This document shows, piece by piece, positions 43,433-51,463 of a DNA stretch of 64,000 nt; within the stretch, counting starts at the first letter, position 1, and every line of letters starts with the position of its first letter. The notes below the pieces were generated by a model. The model saw only the letters and a program-made list of their open reading frames with translations, searched no databases and had not been told where the DNA came from. The position numbers and the translations under genes were made by a program. Source of the stretch: Acidimicrobiia bacterium (GTDB lineage: Bacteria; Actinomycetota; Acidimicrobiia; Spongiisociales; ZC4RG35); the NCBI GenBank assembly GCA_017577575.2, contig PKRG02000008.1, positions 7,030 through 71,029 on the forward strand, given 5' to 3'.

Positions 43433-44386
43433 TCAGTCCTTCGTGAAGTAGTCGGCGCTCTGGTAGCGGCCCGTCTCGAGCCAGCGGATCTGCATGAGCA
43501 CGTCGTTGAGCAGCGACGAGGCCCCGATCCGGAACCAGTCGGGGCTCATCCACTCCTCCCCCAGGGTCTCGTTGAGCACCACCAGGTAGCGGATGGCGTC
43601 CTTGGCGGTGCGGATGCCGCCGGCGGGTTTCATCCCCACCTTCACCCCGGTGGCCGCCCAGAAGTCGCGGATCGCCTCGAGCATCACGAGAGTCGCCGGC
43701 AGCGTCGCCGCCGGGCTCACCTTGCCGGTCGACGTCTTGATGAAGTCGGCCCCGGCGGCCATCGCCAGCACCGACGCCCGGCGGACGTTGTCGAGGGTCT
43801 GCAGCTCGCCCGTCTCGAGGATCACCTTCAGGTGGGCGTCGCCGCAGGCCTCCTTGACGCGGACGATCTCGTCGAAGACCCGGAAGTAGTCGCCGGAGAG
43901 GAACGCCCCCCGATTGATCACCATGTCGATCTCGTCGGCACCGGCCTCCACCACCTGGCGGGTCTCCTCCACCTTCAGGCCGATGTCGACCTGGCCGGAG
44001 GGGAAGTAGGTGGCCACAGACGCCACCTTCACGCCGGTTCCCTCCACCGCCTGGCGGGCGTAAGGCACCATCGCCGGGTACACGCACACCGCCGCCACGG
44101 ACGGAATCGACGGGTCGGTGGGGTCGGGGCGGACCGCCTTGGAGCTCATCTGGATCACCTTGCCCGGCGTGTCCATGCCCTCGAGAGTGGTCAGGTCCAT
44201 CATCGAGATGGCCATCCGCAAGGCGTGGGCCTTCGACTCCCGCTTGATCGAGCGCGTGGAGAGGGAGGCGACGCGCTCGGCCACCGCCACCTCGTCGACC
44301 GACGGCACCGAGCGCAGGAACGAGGTGAGCGTCGAGTTCGTGAGCCTGTCGGGGAGGATCGCCTGGCGGGTGGGGGTGAGTGTCAC
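43433..44386 (-). CDS. deoC: Deoxyribose-phosphate aldolase
   Basis: MDLTTLEG, VCVYP, FPSGQ, GADEIDMV, LKVILETGEL, DFIKTSTGK, RIGASSLL. Confidence 0.96.
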   Translation of the reverse strand: MTLTPTRQAILPDRLTNSTLTSFLRSVPSVDEVAVAERVASLSTRSIKRESKAHALRMAISMMDLTTLEGMDTPGKVIQMSSKAVRPDPTDPSIPSVAAVCVYPAMVPYARQAVEGTGVKVASVATYFPSGQVDIGLKVEETRQVVEAGADEIDMVINRGAFLSGDYFRVFDEIVRVKEACGDAHLKVILETGELQTLDNVRRASVLAMAAGADFIKTSTGKVSPAATLPATLVMLEAIRDFWAATGVKVGMKPAGGIRTAKDAIRYLVVLNETLGEEWMSPDWFRIGASSLLNDVLMQIRWLETGRYQSADYFTKD

Positions 44387-44477
44387 GTGACCGATGGTAC
44401 CGGATGGCGCCTGCTGGCCTCCGGGGGCGACAATTGCCGATCACCGACCTCGGCGGGGTCGGTACCCTTTCCGTCTG

Positions 44478-46124
44478 ATGTCTGAACCCCGCTACATCCT
44501 CGTCGCTGTCGCTTGGCCGTACGCCCAGGGCCCGCTGCATCTGGGCCACATCGCCGGCGCCTACCTGCCCCCGGACATCTTCGCCCGCTACCACCGGCTC
44601 GCCGGCAACGAGGTGCTGATGGTCTCGGGGTCCGACGTCCACGGCACCCCGATCACGGTCAAGGCGGAGCAGGAAGGCGTCACTCCCCAGGAGATCGTCG
44701 ACCGCTACCACCCCGAGTTCCTGAGCTACTGGGAGCGCCTGGGGATCTCCTTCGACCTGTTCACCACCACCGGGACCGAAATCCACTACCGGGTCGCCCA
44801 GGAGTTCTTCCTCAAGCTGCTGGAGAACGGGCACCTGTACCGGAAGGTGACCGAGCAGTTCTACGACGAGGAGCGGGGCCAGTTCCTCCCCGACCGCTAC
44901 ATCGAAGGCACCTGCCCCCACTGCAGCTATCCCAACGCCCGCGGCGACCAGTGCGACAACTGCGGCCGGACTCTCGACCCTTCGGACCTCATCGACCCCC
45001 GCTCCAAGCTGACCGGGTCCACGCCGGTGCTGCGGGAGACCGAGCACTACTACTGGCGGCTCTCCGCCTTCGAGAAGCAGCTCGAGGAGTGGCTGCTGAC
45101 CCGGAAGGGCTGGCGGCCCCACGTCCTCAACTTCGCCCTCGGCATGGTCCGCGACGGGCTGCAGGACCGGGCCTTCACCCGGGACCTGGACTGGGGGATC
45201 CCCATCCCCGTCGACGACATCGGCGAGGGCAAGTCGATCTACGTGTGGTGGGAGGCGGTGATGGGCTACTACTCCGCCCCCCAGGAATGGGCGCAGCGCC
45301 AGGGCGACCCGGATGCATGGAAGAAGTGGTGGACCGACCCGAGCGCCGAGAGCTACTACTTCGTCGGCAAGGACAACATCCCCTTCCACGCCGTGTACTG
45401 GCCGGCGCTGCTGATGGGCCACGGCGGGCTCAACCTGCCCACCAACGTGCCCGCCAACCAATACGTCACTTTCGGCGGCCGCAAGGCATCCAAGTCGATG
45501 GGCGTGGGACGTCCGCTCTCGTGGTATCTGGACCGTCTCGAGCCCGACGCCCTGCGCTTCGCCCTGGCGTCGGTGCTCCCGGAGCAGAACGACACCGACC
45601 TGTTCGACGACGAGATCGTCCGCCGGGTCAACGAGGAGCTGGTGTCGACCTGGGGCAACCTGGTGAACCGGACGCTCAGCCTGACGTCGCGGAACTTCGA
45701 TGGAGCGGTCCCCTCTCCGGGCGAGCTGGCCGGCGAGGATCGGAAGCTGCTGACGGCGGTCGATGCCGCCCTCGAAGAGGAAGCGGCCCACATCGAAGCC
45801 GTCGAGCTGAGGGCCGGCTTGCGGACCGCGCTGGGAGCGGCGGCTGAGGTCAACGCCTACCTGAACGCCACCGAGCCGTGGAAGCTGGTGAAAGAGGACC
45901 GCGCCCGTGCCGCCACGGTGCTGTGGACGGCGGTGCAGGCGGTGGCCGGCGTCAGGGTGGCGTTCGCTCCCTATCTGCCGTTCTCGACCGAGGCCCTCGG
46001 CGAGATGCTCGGGATCGGGCCGGTGGAGAAATGGTCCCGACCGGAGGTTCCGGCCGGGACCGAACTCGGAGAGATCCGGCCCCTCTTCGCGAAACTCGAC
46101 GACGACGCCCTCGCCGACGAGTAG
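44478..46124 (+). CDS. metG: Methionine--tRNA ligase (short form)
   Basis: WPYAQGPLHLGH, two CxxC zinc knuckles, RDLDWGI, GKDNIPFH, KASKS. Confidence 0.97.
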   Translation: MSEPRYILVAVAWPYAQGPLHLGHIAGAYLPPDIFARYHRLAGNEVLMVSGSDVHGTPITVKAEQEGVTPQEIVDRYHPEFLSYWERLGISFDLFTTTGTEIHYRVAQEFFLKLLENGHLYRKVTEQFYDEERGQFLPDRYIEGTCPHCSYPNARGDQCDNCGRTLDPSDLIDPRSKLTGSTPVLRETEHYYWRLSAFEKQLEEWLLTRKGWRPHVLNFALGMVRDGLQDRAFTRDLDWGIPIPVDDIGEGKSIYVWWEAVMGYYSAPQEWAQRQGDPDAWKKWWTDPSAESYYFVGKDNIPFHAVYWPALLMGHGGLNLPTNVPANQYVTFGGRKASKSMGVGRPLSWYLDRLEPDALRFALASVLPEQNDTDLFDDEIVRRVNEELVSTWGNLVNRTLSLTSRNFDGAVPSPGELAGEDRKLLTAVDAALEEEAAHIEAVELRAGLRTALGAAAEVNAYLNATEPWKLVKEDRARAATVLWTAVQAVAGVRVAFAPYLPFSTEALGEMLGIGPVEKWSRPEVPAGTELGEIRPLFAKLDDDALADE

Positions 46125-46142
46125 GGCCGGACGGGCACCCGC

Positions 46143-46556
46143 TCAGGCGTTGGGCGGGTAGACCCCCATGTTCTTGGCCTTCTCGGTCTGCCAGAAGATC
46201 TCGGCGATCTGGTCGATCAGCTCGACCAGCTTCTCGCCGTCAGCGGGATCGACCGACTTCTTGGCGTCGCCGGCCTGCTTGAGGGTCCGCCAGACCAGGT
46301 CGTCGAGCTCGGGGAACTGCTTGCGGTGCTCCTCGGTGAAGAAGTCGGCCCACAGCACCATCACGTGGTGCTTGACGAGCTCGGCACGTTCCTCCTTGAT
46401 CTTGATCGCCCGGGCCCGGAACACCTCGTCGTCGGTCTCGTGGTACTTCTGAGCCGACTTCAGGACCGACATGGCCTCGATCTTGGCCTGGGCGGGGTCG
46501 TACACGCCGCAGTACAGGTCGCAATGCGCATGAGCGACGGTCGGTGAGCGGAACAT
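46143..46556 (-). CDS. sodN: Nickel superoxide dismutase precursor
   Basis: Leader MFRSPTVAHA then HCDLYCGVYDPAQA; KHHVMVLWADFF; IFWQT. Confidence 0.93.
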   Translation of the reverse strand: MFRSPTVAHAHCDLYCGVYDPAQAKIEAMSVLKSAQKYHETDDEVFRARAIKIKEERAELVKHHVMVLWADFFTEEHRKQFPELDDLVWRTLKQAGDAKKSVDPADGEKLVELIDQIAEIFWQTEKAKNMGVYPPNA

Positions 46557-46612
46557 GCAACCTCCTATCGGTTTCTCCTCCGCACCATACTCCGTCGCCG
46601 GGCTCCACAAAC

Positions 46613-46981
46613 ATGAGAAGGTTCGTCGTCGCCGAGATGTCGATGTCGCCGGCGCTGATGCCGGGCGATCGTCTCCTCGCCCGCAAGCTGCGGGAGCCCC
46701 GACGCGGCCAGATCGTGTTCTTCCCCCACCCCCACCGCGACGACTTCTGGCTGGTGAAGCGCATCGTAGGCGTTCCCGGCGACGTCGTCCGCTTCGTCGA
46801 CGGTGAGCTCGTCGTCGAGGCCGGCTCCGACGCGTCCGAGGGGACGCTGGTACCACCTGGCCACATGTACGTGCTCTCGGACCGGCGCGAACTGACCCGG
46901 GCGGACTCGCGGGCCTTCGGTCCCGTGCCCATCCGGCCCGCTTATGTCGCGGTGCTCCGCTATCGGCGGGGGGCGCGATGA
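46613..46981 (+). CDS. sodX: S26-family peptidase, probable Ni-SOD maturation protease
   Basis: SMSPALMPGDRL, LVKRI, DSRAFGPV; divergent from sodN. Confidence 0.8.
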   Translation: MRRFVVAEMSMSPALMPGDRLLARKLREPRRGQIVFFPHPHRDDFWLVKRIVGVPGDVVRFVDGELVVEAGSDASEGTLVPPGHMYVLSDRRELTRADSRAFGPVPIRPAYVAVLRYRRGAR

Positions 46982-47658
46982 GACCGATCACCGCCGAGAC
47001 GTTCCCCTCGTTCGTGGAGCGCCTCGCCTCCGAAGACCCGCATCTCGGTTCCATCGTCGACAGCCACGGGGTGCCCGCCTTCTGGCACCGCCCGCCGGGC
47101 TTCGCCACCCTGGCCCTGTTCATCGTGGAACAGCAGGTGTCGCTCCAGTCGGCGAAGGCCGTCTACGAGCGGCTCGTCGCCCTGTTGGGCTCGGTCGAGC
47201 CGGCCACGGTCCACGCCGCCGACCTCGACGACCTGGGGCGGGCCGGCCTCACCCGCCAGAAGCAGCGCTACCTCAAGCTGCTCGCCGAGGCGGTGCTGGA
47301 GGGGCGCTTGGACCTCGACGGCCTCTCGTCGCGGCCCGACGACGAGGTCCGTCGCCTGCTCCTCGCCCAGACCGGGATCGGGCCGTGGACCGCCGACGTG
47401 TACCTGCTCTCGGCCCTGCGCCACCCCGACATCTGGCCGGTCGGCGACCGGGCCCTCCAGGTGGGCGTCGGCGACTTGCTCGGCCGCCCGGCCCCGCCCG
47501 GCCCGGATGAGATGGAGGCCATCGGCGAGCGCTGGCGGCCGTTCCGCTCGGTGGCCGCCCGCCTGATCTGGCACGACTACCTGCGGCGCCGGGGACGCGA
47601 CGAGACCGACGTCGCCGGCCTGGGACCGGTCACTGACGGCGGCCCCCGGGGGGACTAG
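46978..47658 (+). CDS. DNA-3-methyladenine glycosylase II (AlkA-like HhH-GPD)
   Basis: IVEQQVS, GLTRQK, GIGPWTADVYL, PVGDRAL, WRPFRSVA. Confidence 0.9.
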   Translation: MRPITAETFPSFVERLASEDPHLGSIVDSHGVPAFWHRPPGFATLALFIVEQQVSLQSAKAVYERLVALLGSVEPATVHAADLDDLGRAGLTRQKQRYLKLLAEAVLEGRLDLDGLSSRPDDEVRRLLLAQTGIGPWTADVYLLSALRHPDIWPVGDRALQVGVGDLLGRPAPPGPDEMEAIGERWRPFRSVAARLIWHDYLRRRGRDETDVAGLGPVTDGGPRGD

Positions 47659-47725
47659 CGTTCCGCTCCGTATGACCGGCGCCCGGCCGCCTGCGGAAAC
47701 CCTCCGTCCTCTCTCCACCTGAGTC

Positions 47726-48502
47726 GTGGGCCGTCACCTCGCGAAGGCTTCACCGACCCGCCGTATCACCGGGGGCGTGCTGGGGGGAACAGTCGTCGCC
47801 CTCCTGGCCGCGGGCCTCGGCATCGTCGGCGCGCCCGGCGGCGCCGAGGAGACCATGGCGCTGGCCGATGCCGCCCCGGCCACGTCGGCGCCCGCCACCG
47901 ACCCGGCGACGACCGAGACGACCGCTCCTCCCACCACCGAGCCGACGACTACCACTACCCAGCCGGACACCACCGCCACCACCGGCCCGACGACCACCAC
48001 CCTTCCCCCCGTGCGCCTCGAGAGCGACGGGCTGGGGATCGTGGAGTTCGGGGCGACGGTGGAAGACACGATCGATGCGATCGGCTCCCGGCTGGGGAGC
48101 GCCGACTCCGACTCGGGATGGGTGTCGGCCCGCGGCACTTTCGGCACCTGCCCCGGCAGCGTGGTCCGGGTGGTGCGGTGGGCGAGCCTGCGCGTGTTCT
48201 TCAGCGACGGGCCGACCGAGTTCGGCGAGGACCAACGGCACTTCTTCTCCTACAGCCAGTCGGCGGTCGACACCGACACCGTGATCGACCTGAAGACCGC
48301 CGAGGGCATCGGCATCGGGTCCACCGTCGCCGAGCTGCGAAGAGCCTACGGGTCGGCCGTGTCCATCACGAGCGACGCCCACTTCGGTGTCACCTTCACC
48401 ATCGACACCGGAGAGCCGGGCCTGTTGGCCGGCACCCTCACCGAATCTATCGACACCGGTCAGGTCACCTCGCTCACCGGCGGGTTCGGCTGCGGAGCCT
48501 GA
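47726..48502 (+). CDS. Hypothetical secreted or membrane-anchored protein with Thr/Pro linker
   Basis: Hydrophobic N-terminal segment, Thr-rich linker, GLGIVEFG and TAEGIGIGST motifs, two Cys. Confidence 0.75.
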   Translation: MGRHLAKASPTRRITGGVLGGTVVALLAAGLGIVGAPGGAEETMALADAAPATSAPATDPATTETTAPPTTEPTTTTTQPDTTATTGPTTTTLPPVRLESDGLGIVEFGATVEDTIDAIGSRLGSADSDSGWVSARGTFGTCPGSVVRVVRWASLRVFFSDGPTEFGEDQRHFFSYSQSAVDTDTVIDLKTAEGIGIGSTVAELRRAYGSAVSITSDAHFGVTFTIDTGEPGLLAGTLTESIDTGQVTSLTGGFGCGA

Positions 48503-48557
48503 CCTCCACCCGACCTCCACCCGTCACAGGCGCGCCGGGAGGCGTAGGCTCGGGTCC

Positions 48558-48956
48558 ATGACGGAGTTCATCGTGCACGTCGAGAACCGCCCGGGCCGTC
48601 TCGCCACGATCACGGAACTCCTCAGCGACGCCGGCGTCAACATCGAGGCGCTCGCCGCGTACGGCTACGACGGGGAGGGCGTGTTGCGCCTGATCGTCGA
48701 CGACGCCGCCACGACCCGCCGGGTCCTGTCGGAAGCCGGCCTCCGGGTTGAGGAGCACACGGTGCTCACCGCCTTCATGCCCCACACCCCCGGCGCGTTG
48801 GCGGAGGTGACGAGAAAGCTCGCCGACGCCGACATCAACATCGACGCCCTCTATGTGCTATCCACCTCTCCGGACGGCATCGAAGTGGCGATCTCGGTGG
48901 ACGGGGCGGTGAGCGCGGTTCCCGACTTGCCGGTGACCGGTTCGATCTCGAGTTGA
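48558..48956 (+). CDS. Tandem ACT-domain protein
   Basis: VENRPGRLA...GVNIEA and HTPGALA...ADINIDALY. Confidence 0.88.
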   Translation: MTEFIVHVENRPGRLATITELLSDAGVNIEALAAYGYDGEGVLRLIVDDAATTRRVLSEAGLRVEEHTVLTAFMPHTPGALAEVTRKLADADINIDALYVLSTSPDGIEVAISVDGAVSAVPDLPVTGSISS

Positions 48957-48992
48957 ACCGAGTACCGCCTCCGGTGCTTTAGCATCCCCCCG

Positions 48993-50099
48993 ATGCGATC
49001 ACGACTTTCTGTCGTCGCGCTCGTCCTGGCGATCACAGCTTGCAGCGGGGGAGCCGGCGAAACCACGACCACGACAACCACCACTCCGACCACGACCACG
49101 GTGCCGCCGACCACCACGACGGAGGCACCGACGACCACGGTCGACGACCGGCCGCGCTCGCCGATCAACGGCTTGCCGGTGGACGACCCGGAGCTGCTGG
49201 ACCGGCGGGTCCTGGCGGTGAAGATCGACAACCACTGGGACGCCCGCCCCCAGTCGGGGATCCTCGAGGCGGAGGCGGTCTTCGAGATCCGGGTGGAGGG
49301 TGGCCTGACCCGTTTCATGGCCGTGTTCCACTCCACCGACAGCGAAGCCCTGGGCCCGATCCGCTCGGGCCGGCCGTCCGACGCCGCCCTCATCCGCCCC
49401 TTCGAGGCGACCCTGGCGATCAGCGGCGGGCAGCCGTGGGTGCGCGAAGGCATCTCCGCGCTCGGGGTGCCGTACCTGAGCGACACCCGCCCGGGCATGT
49501 TCCGCATCAGTGAGCGGGCCGCACCCCACAACCTGTACGGCAACACCATCGAGTTGCGCCAGGTGGCCGACGATCGGGAGATCCCCGACACCCCGCCGCC
49601 GACTTCGCTGTGGGAGTTCGGGGAGATGCCCGAAGACGCCCCGGAGGCGACCGACATCACGTTCACGTTCTCGTCGACGACGACCACCGGGTGGACCTGG
49701 AACGGGACCACGTACGAGCGGTCGATCGACGGCGCCGAGTCCACCTGGCTGAACCCCGAGGGTGAGGTCGAGCGCATCACCGCCGACGTCCTGGTCGCCA
49801 TCGTCGGCGAGCAGTACACGGCTTCGCCGCCGGCGGGGTCGAGAGGATCGGCCGTCCCGGCCACGTCCACGATCGGCAGCGGCGACTTCTACGTCTTCGC
49901 CGACGGCAAGGTGATCGAGGGCACGTGGGCGCGCGAGGACGCCTCCGAGCCGTTCACCCTCACAACCGCCGACGGAGAAGATCTGGTCGTCCCGCCCGGC
50001 TTCGCCTGGATCTCGGTGGTCCCCGACGAGGGCGCCGTCGAGTGGACGGGCGCCGCCGGGACCACGACCGACACGACCACCGACAGCACCGGCGGCTGA
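48993..50099 (+). CDS. DUF3048-family lipoprotein
   Basis: Lipobox ITAC, Thr-rich linker, AVKIDN, ARPQSG, VEGGLTRF, GPIRSGR, APHNLY. Confidence 0.88.
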   Translation: MRSRLSVVALVLAITACSGGAGETTTTTTTTPTTTTVPPTTTTEAPTTTVDDRPRSPINGLPVDDPELLDRRVLAVKIDNHWDARPQSGILEAEAVFEIRVEGGLTRFMAVFHSTDSEALGPIRSGRPSDAALIRPFEATLAISGGQPWVREGISALGVPYLSDTRPGMFRISERAAPHNLYGNTIELRQVADDREIPDTPPPTSLWEFGEMPEDAPEATDITFTFSSTTTTGWTWNGTTYERSIDGAESTWLNPEGEVERITADVLVAIVGEQYTASPPAGSRGSAVPATSTIGSGDFYVFADGKVIEGTWAREDASEPFTLTTADGEDLVVPPGFAWISVVPDEGAVEWTGAAGTTTDTTTDSTGG

Positions 50100-51343
50100 T
50101 GCCGCCGGCCGTCTCCCAGGCGCTCGAGAGGGCACTGGGCGACACCACCAACGCGTTCACTGCGGTCCACGAGGAGGCCGCCGGGCTCGAACCGCCCGGC
50201 GGCCCTCTCTTCGGCCTCCCCGTGGCGACGAAGGACCTGATCGACCACGCCGGGCACGCCACCACCGCCGGCTCGGCCTTCTACCGCCACCACGCCACCA
50301 CCACCGCCACCGCCCTGGGCCGCCTCGAAGCCGCCGGGGCGGTGGTGATCGGGCGCACGAACCTCCATGAGTTCGCCTTCGGGTTCTCGTCCGAGAACCC
50401 GTGGTTCGGGCCGGTGCGCAACCCGTGGGATCCCAGCCTGTCTGCTGGCGGGTCCTCGGGCGGGTCGGCGGCTGCGGTCGCCGCCGGGATCGTCCCGGTG
50501 GCGCTGGGCACCGACACCGGCGGGTCGGTCAGGGTGCCCGCCGCCGTGTGCGGGATCATCGGGCTGAAGACCACCCACGGGCTGATCCCCCTCGACGGCG
50601 TGTTCCCGCTGGTGCCGTCGTTCGACACGGTGGGCCCTCTCACCGCCAGTCTCGACGACCTGGAGAAGGTGACCGAGGTGATGGCGGCGGACGCTTGGCG
50701 ACGGCTGGCCGACGACCCGCCGATCAGGCGTCTCATCGTCCCCGAAGCGTGGCTGGAAGGCGCGCCCACCGCCGGTGAGGTCAGAGACGCATTCGAGGAG
50801 TTCCTGGCCGGCGCGGCCGAAGCGGGGCTGGCTGTCGAGCGCCACGAGCTGGCGGACCTGCAGCCCTCCCCTCACCAGACCGCCCTGATCGGGGCCGAGG
50901 TGGAACGGATCCACGGAGAGTGGCGCCGCCAGGGCCGCCCCTACGGGGCCGACGTCGCCGCGCGGATCGACGAAGGCATCCACCTGGCCGAAGACGCCGA
51001 CGCCCAGGCCGAGGCGCGGCGGTGGCGGCGGCGGATCACCGCGGCGCTGGCGGCAGCGACGGCAGGCGACGCCGCGGTGGTGACTCCGGCGGTCGGAGCC
51101 ATGTCGAAGCGGATCGGAGACGACCGGATCGGCGGCCATCACTACCGGCGGGTGCTGTCGTGGTTCAGCGCCCCGGTCAACCCCACCGGGCATCCCGCCC
51201 TGGCGATGCCGGCCGCCGGGCCGGGCCGGCGCCCGGCGGTGCAGTTGATCGGCGCGGCCTGGTCCGAGAAGCGGCTGGTGGGCCTGGCGCGACGGCTGGA
51301 AACGGCGGGTGTCCTGGGGGTTTCCGGATTGCCGTATGGATGA
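50099..51343 (+). CDS. Amidase-signature family enzyme
   Basis: GLPVATKD, GRTNLHEFAFG, GGSSGGS, GTDTGGSVRVPAA. Confidence 0.92.
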   Translation: MPPAVSQALERALGDTTNAFTAVHEEAAGLEPPGGPLFGLPVATKDLIDHAGHATTAGSAFYRHHATTTATALGRLEAAGAVVIGRTNLHEFAFGFSSENPWFGPVRNPWDPSLSAGGSSGGSAAAVAAGIVPVALGTDTGGSVRVPAAVCGIIGLKTTHGLIPLDGVFPLVPSFDTVGPLTASLDDLEKVTEVMAADAWRRLADDPPIRRLIVPEAWLEGAPTAGEVRDAFEEFLAGAAEAGLAVERHELADLQPSPHQTALIGAEVERIHGEWRRQGRPYGADVAARIDEGIHLAEDADAQAEARRWRRRITAALAAATAGDAAVVTPAVGAMSKRIGDDRIGGHHYRRVLSWFSAPVNPTGHPALAMPAAGPGRRPAVQLIGAAWSEKRLVGLARRLETAGVLGVSGLPYG

Positions 51344-51463
51344 CCCGCCGAGGGTCTTACAATCTCCTTTAGGTGCGGGTCAATCCGGTCGACGATCAGA
51401 CCGAACGCGCCGATAGAAGACCTACGAATCATCCGCGCCAGAGCGACAAGGAAGTGACAAGCC

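Noticed and set aside
49060-49145. acc/acg tandem-like repeats
   Set aside because: Imperfect codon runs for Thr-rich linkers; no constant repeat-spacer structure, so not CRISPR or VNTR
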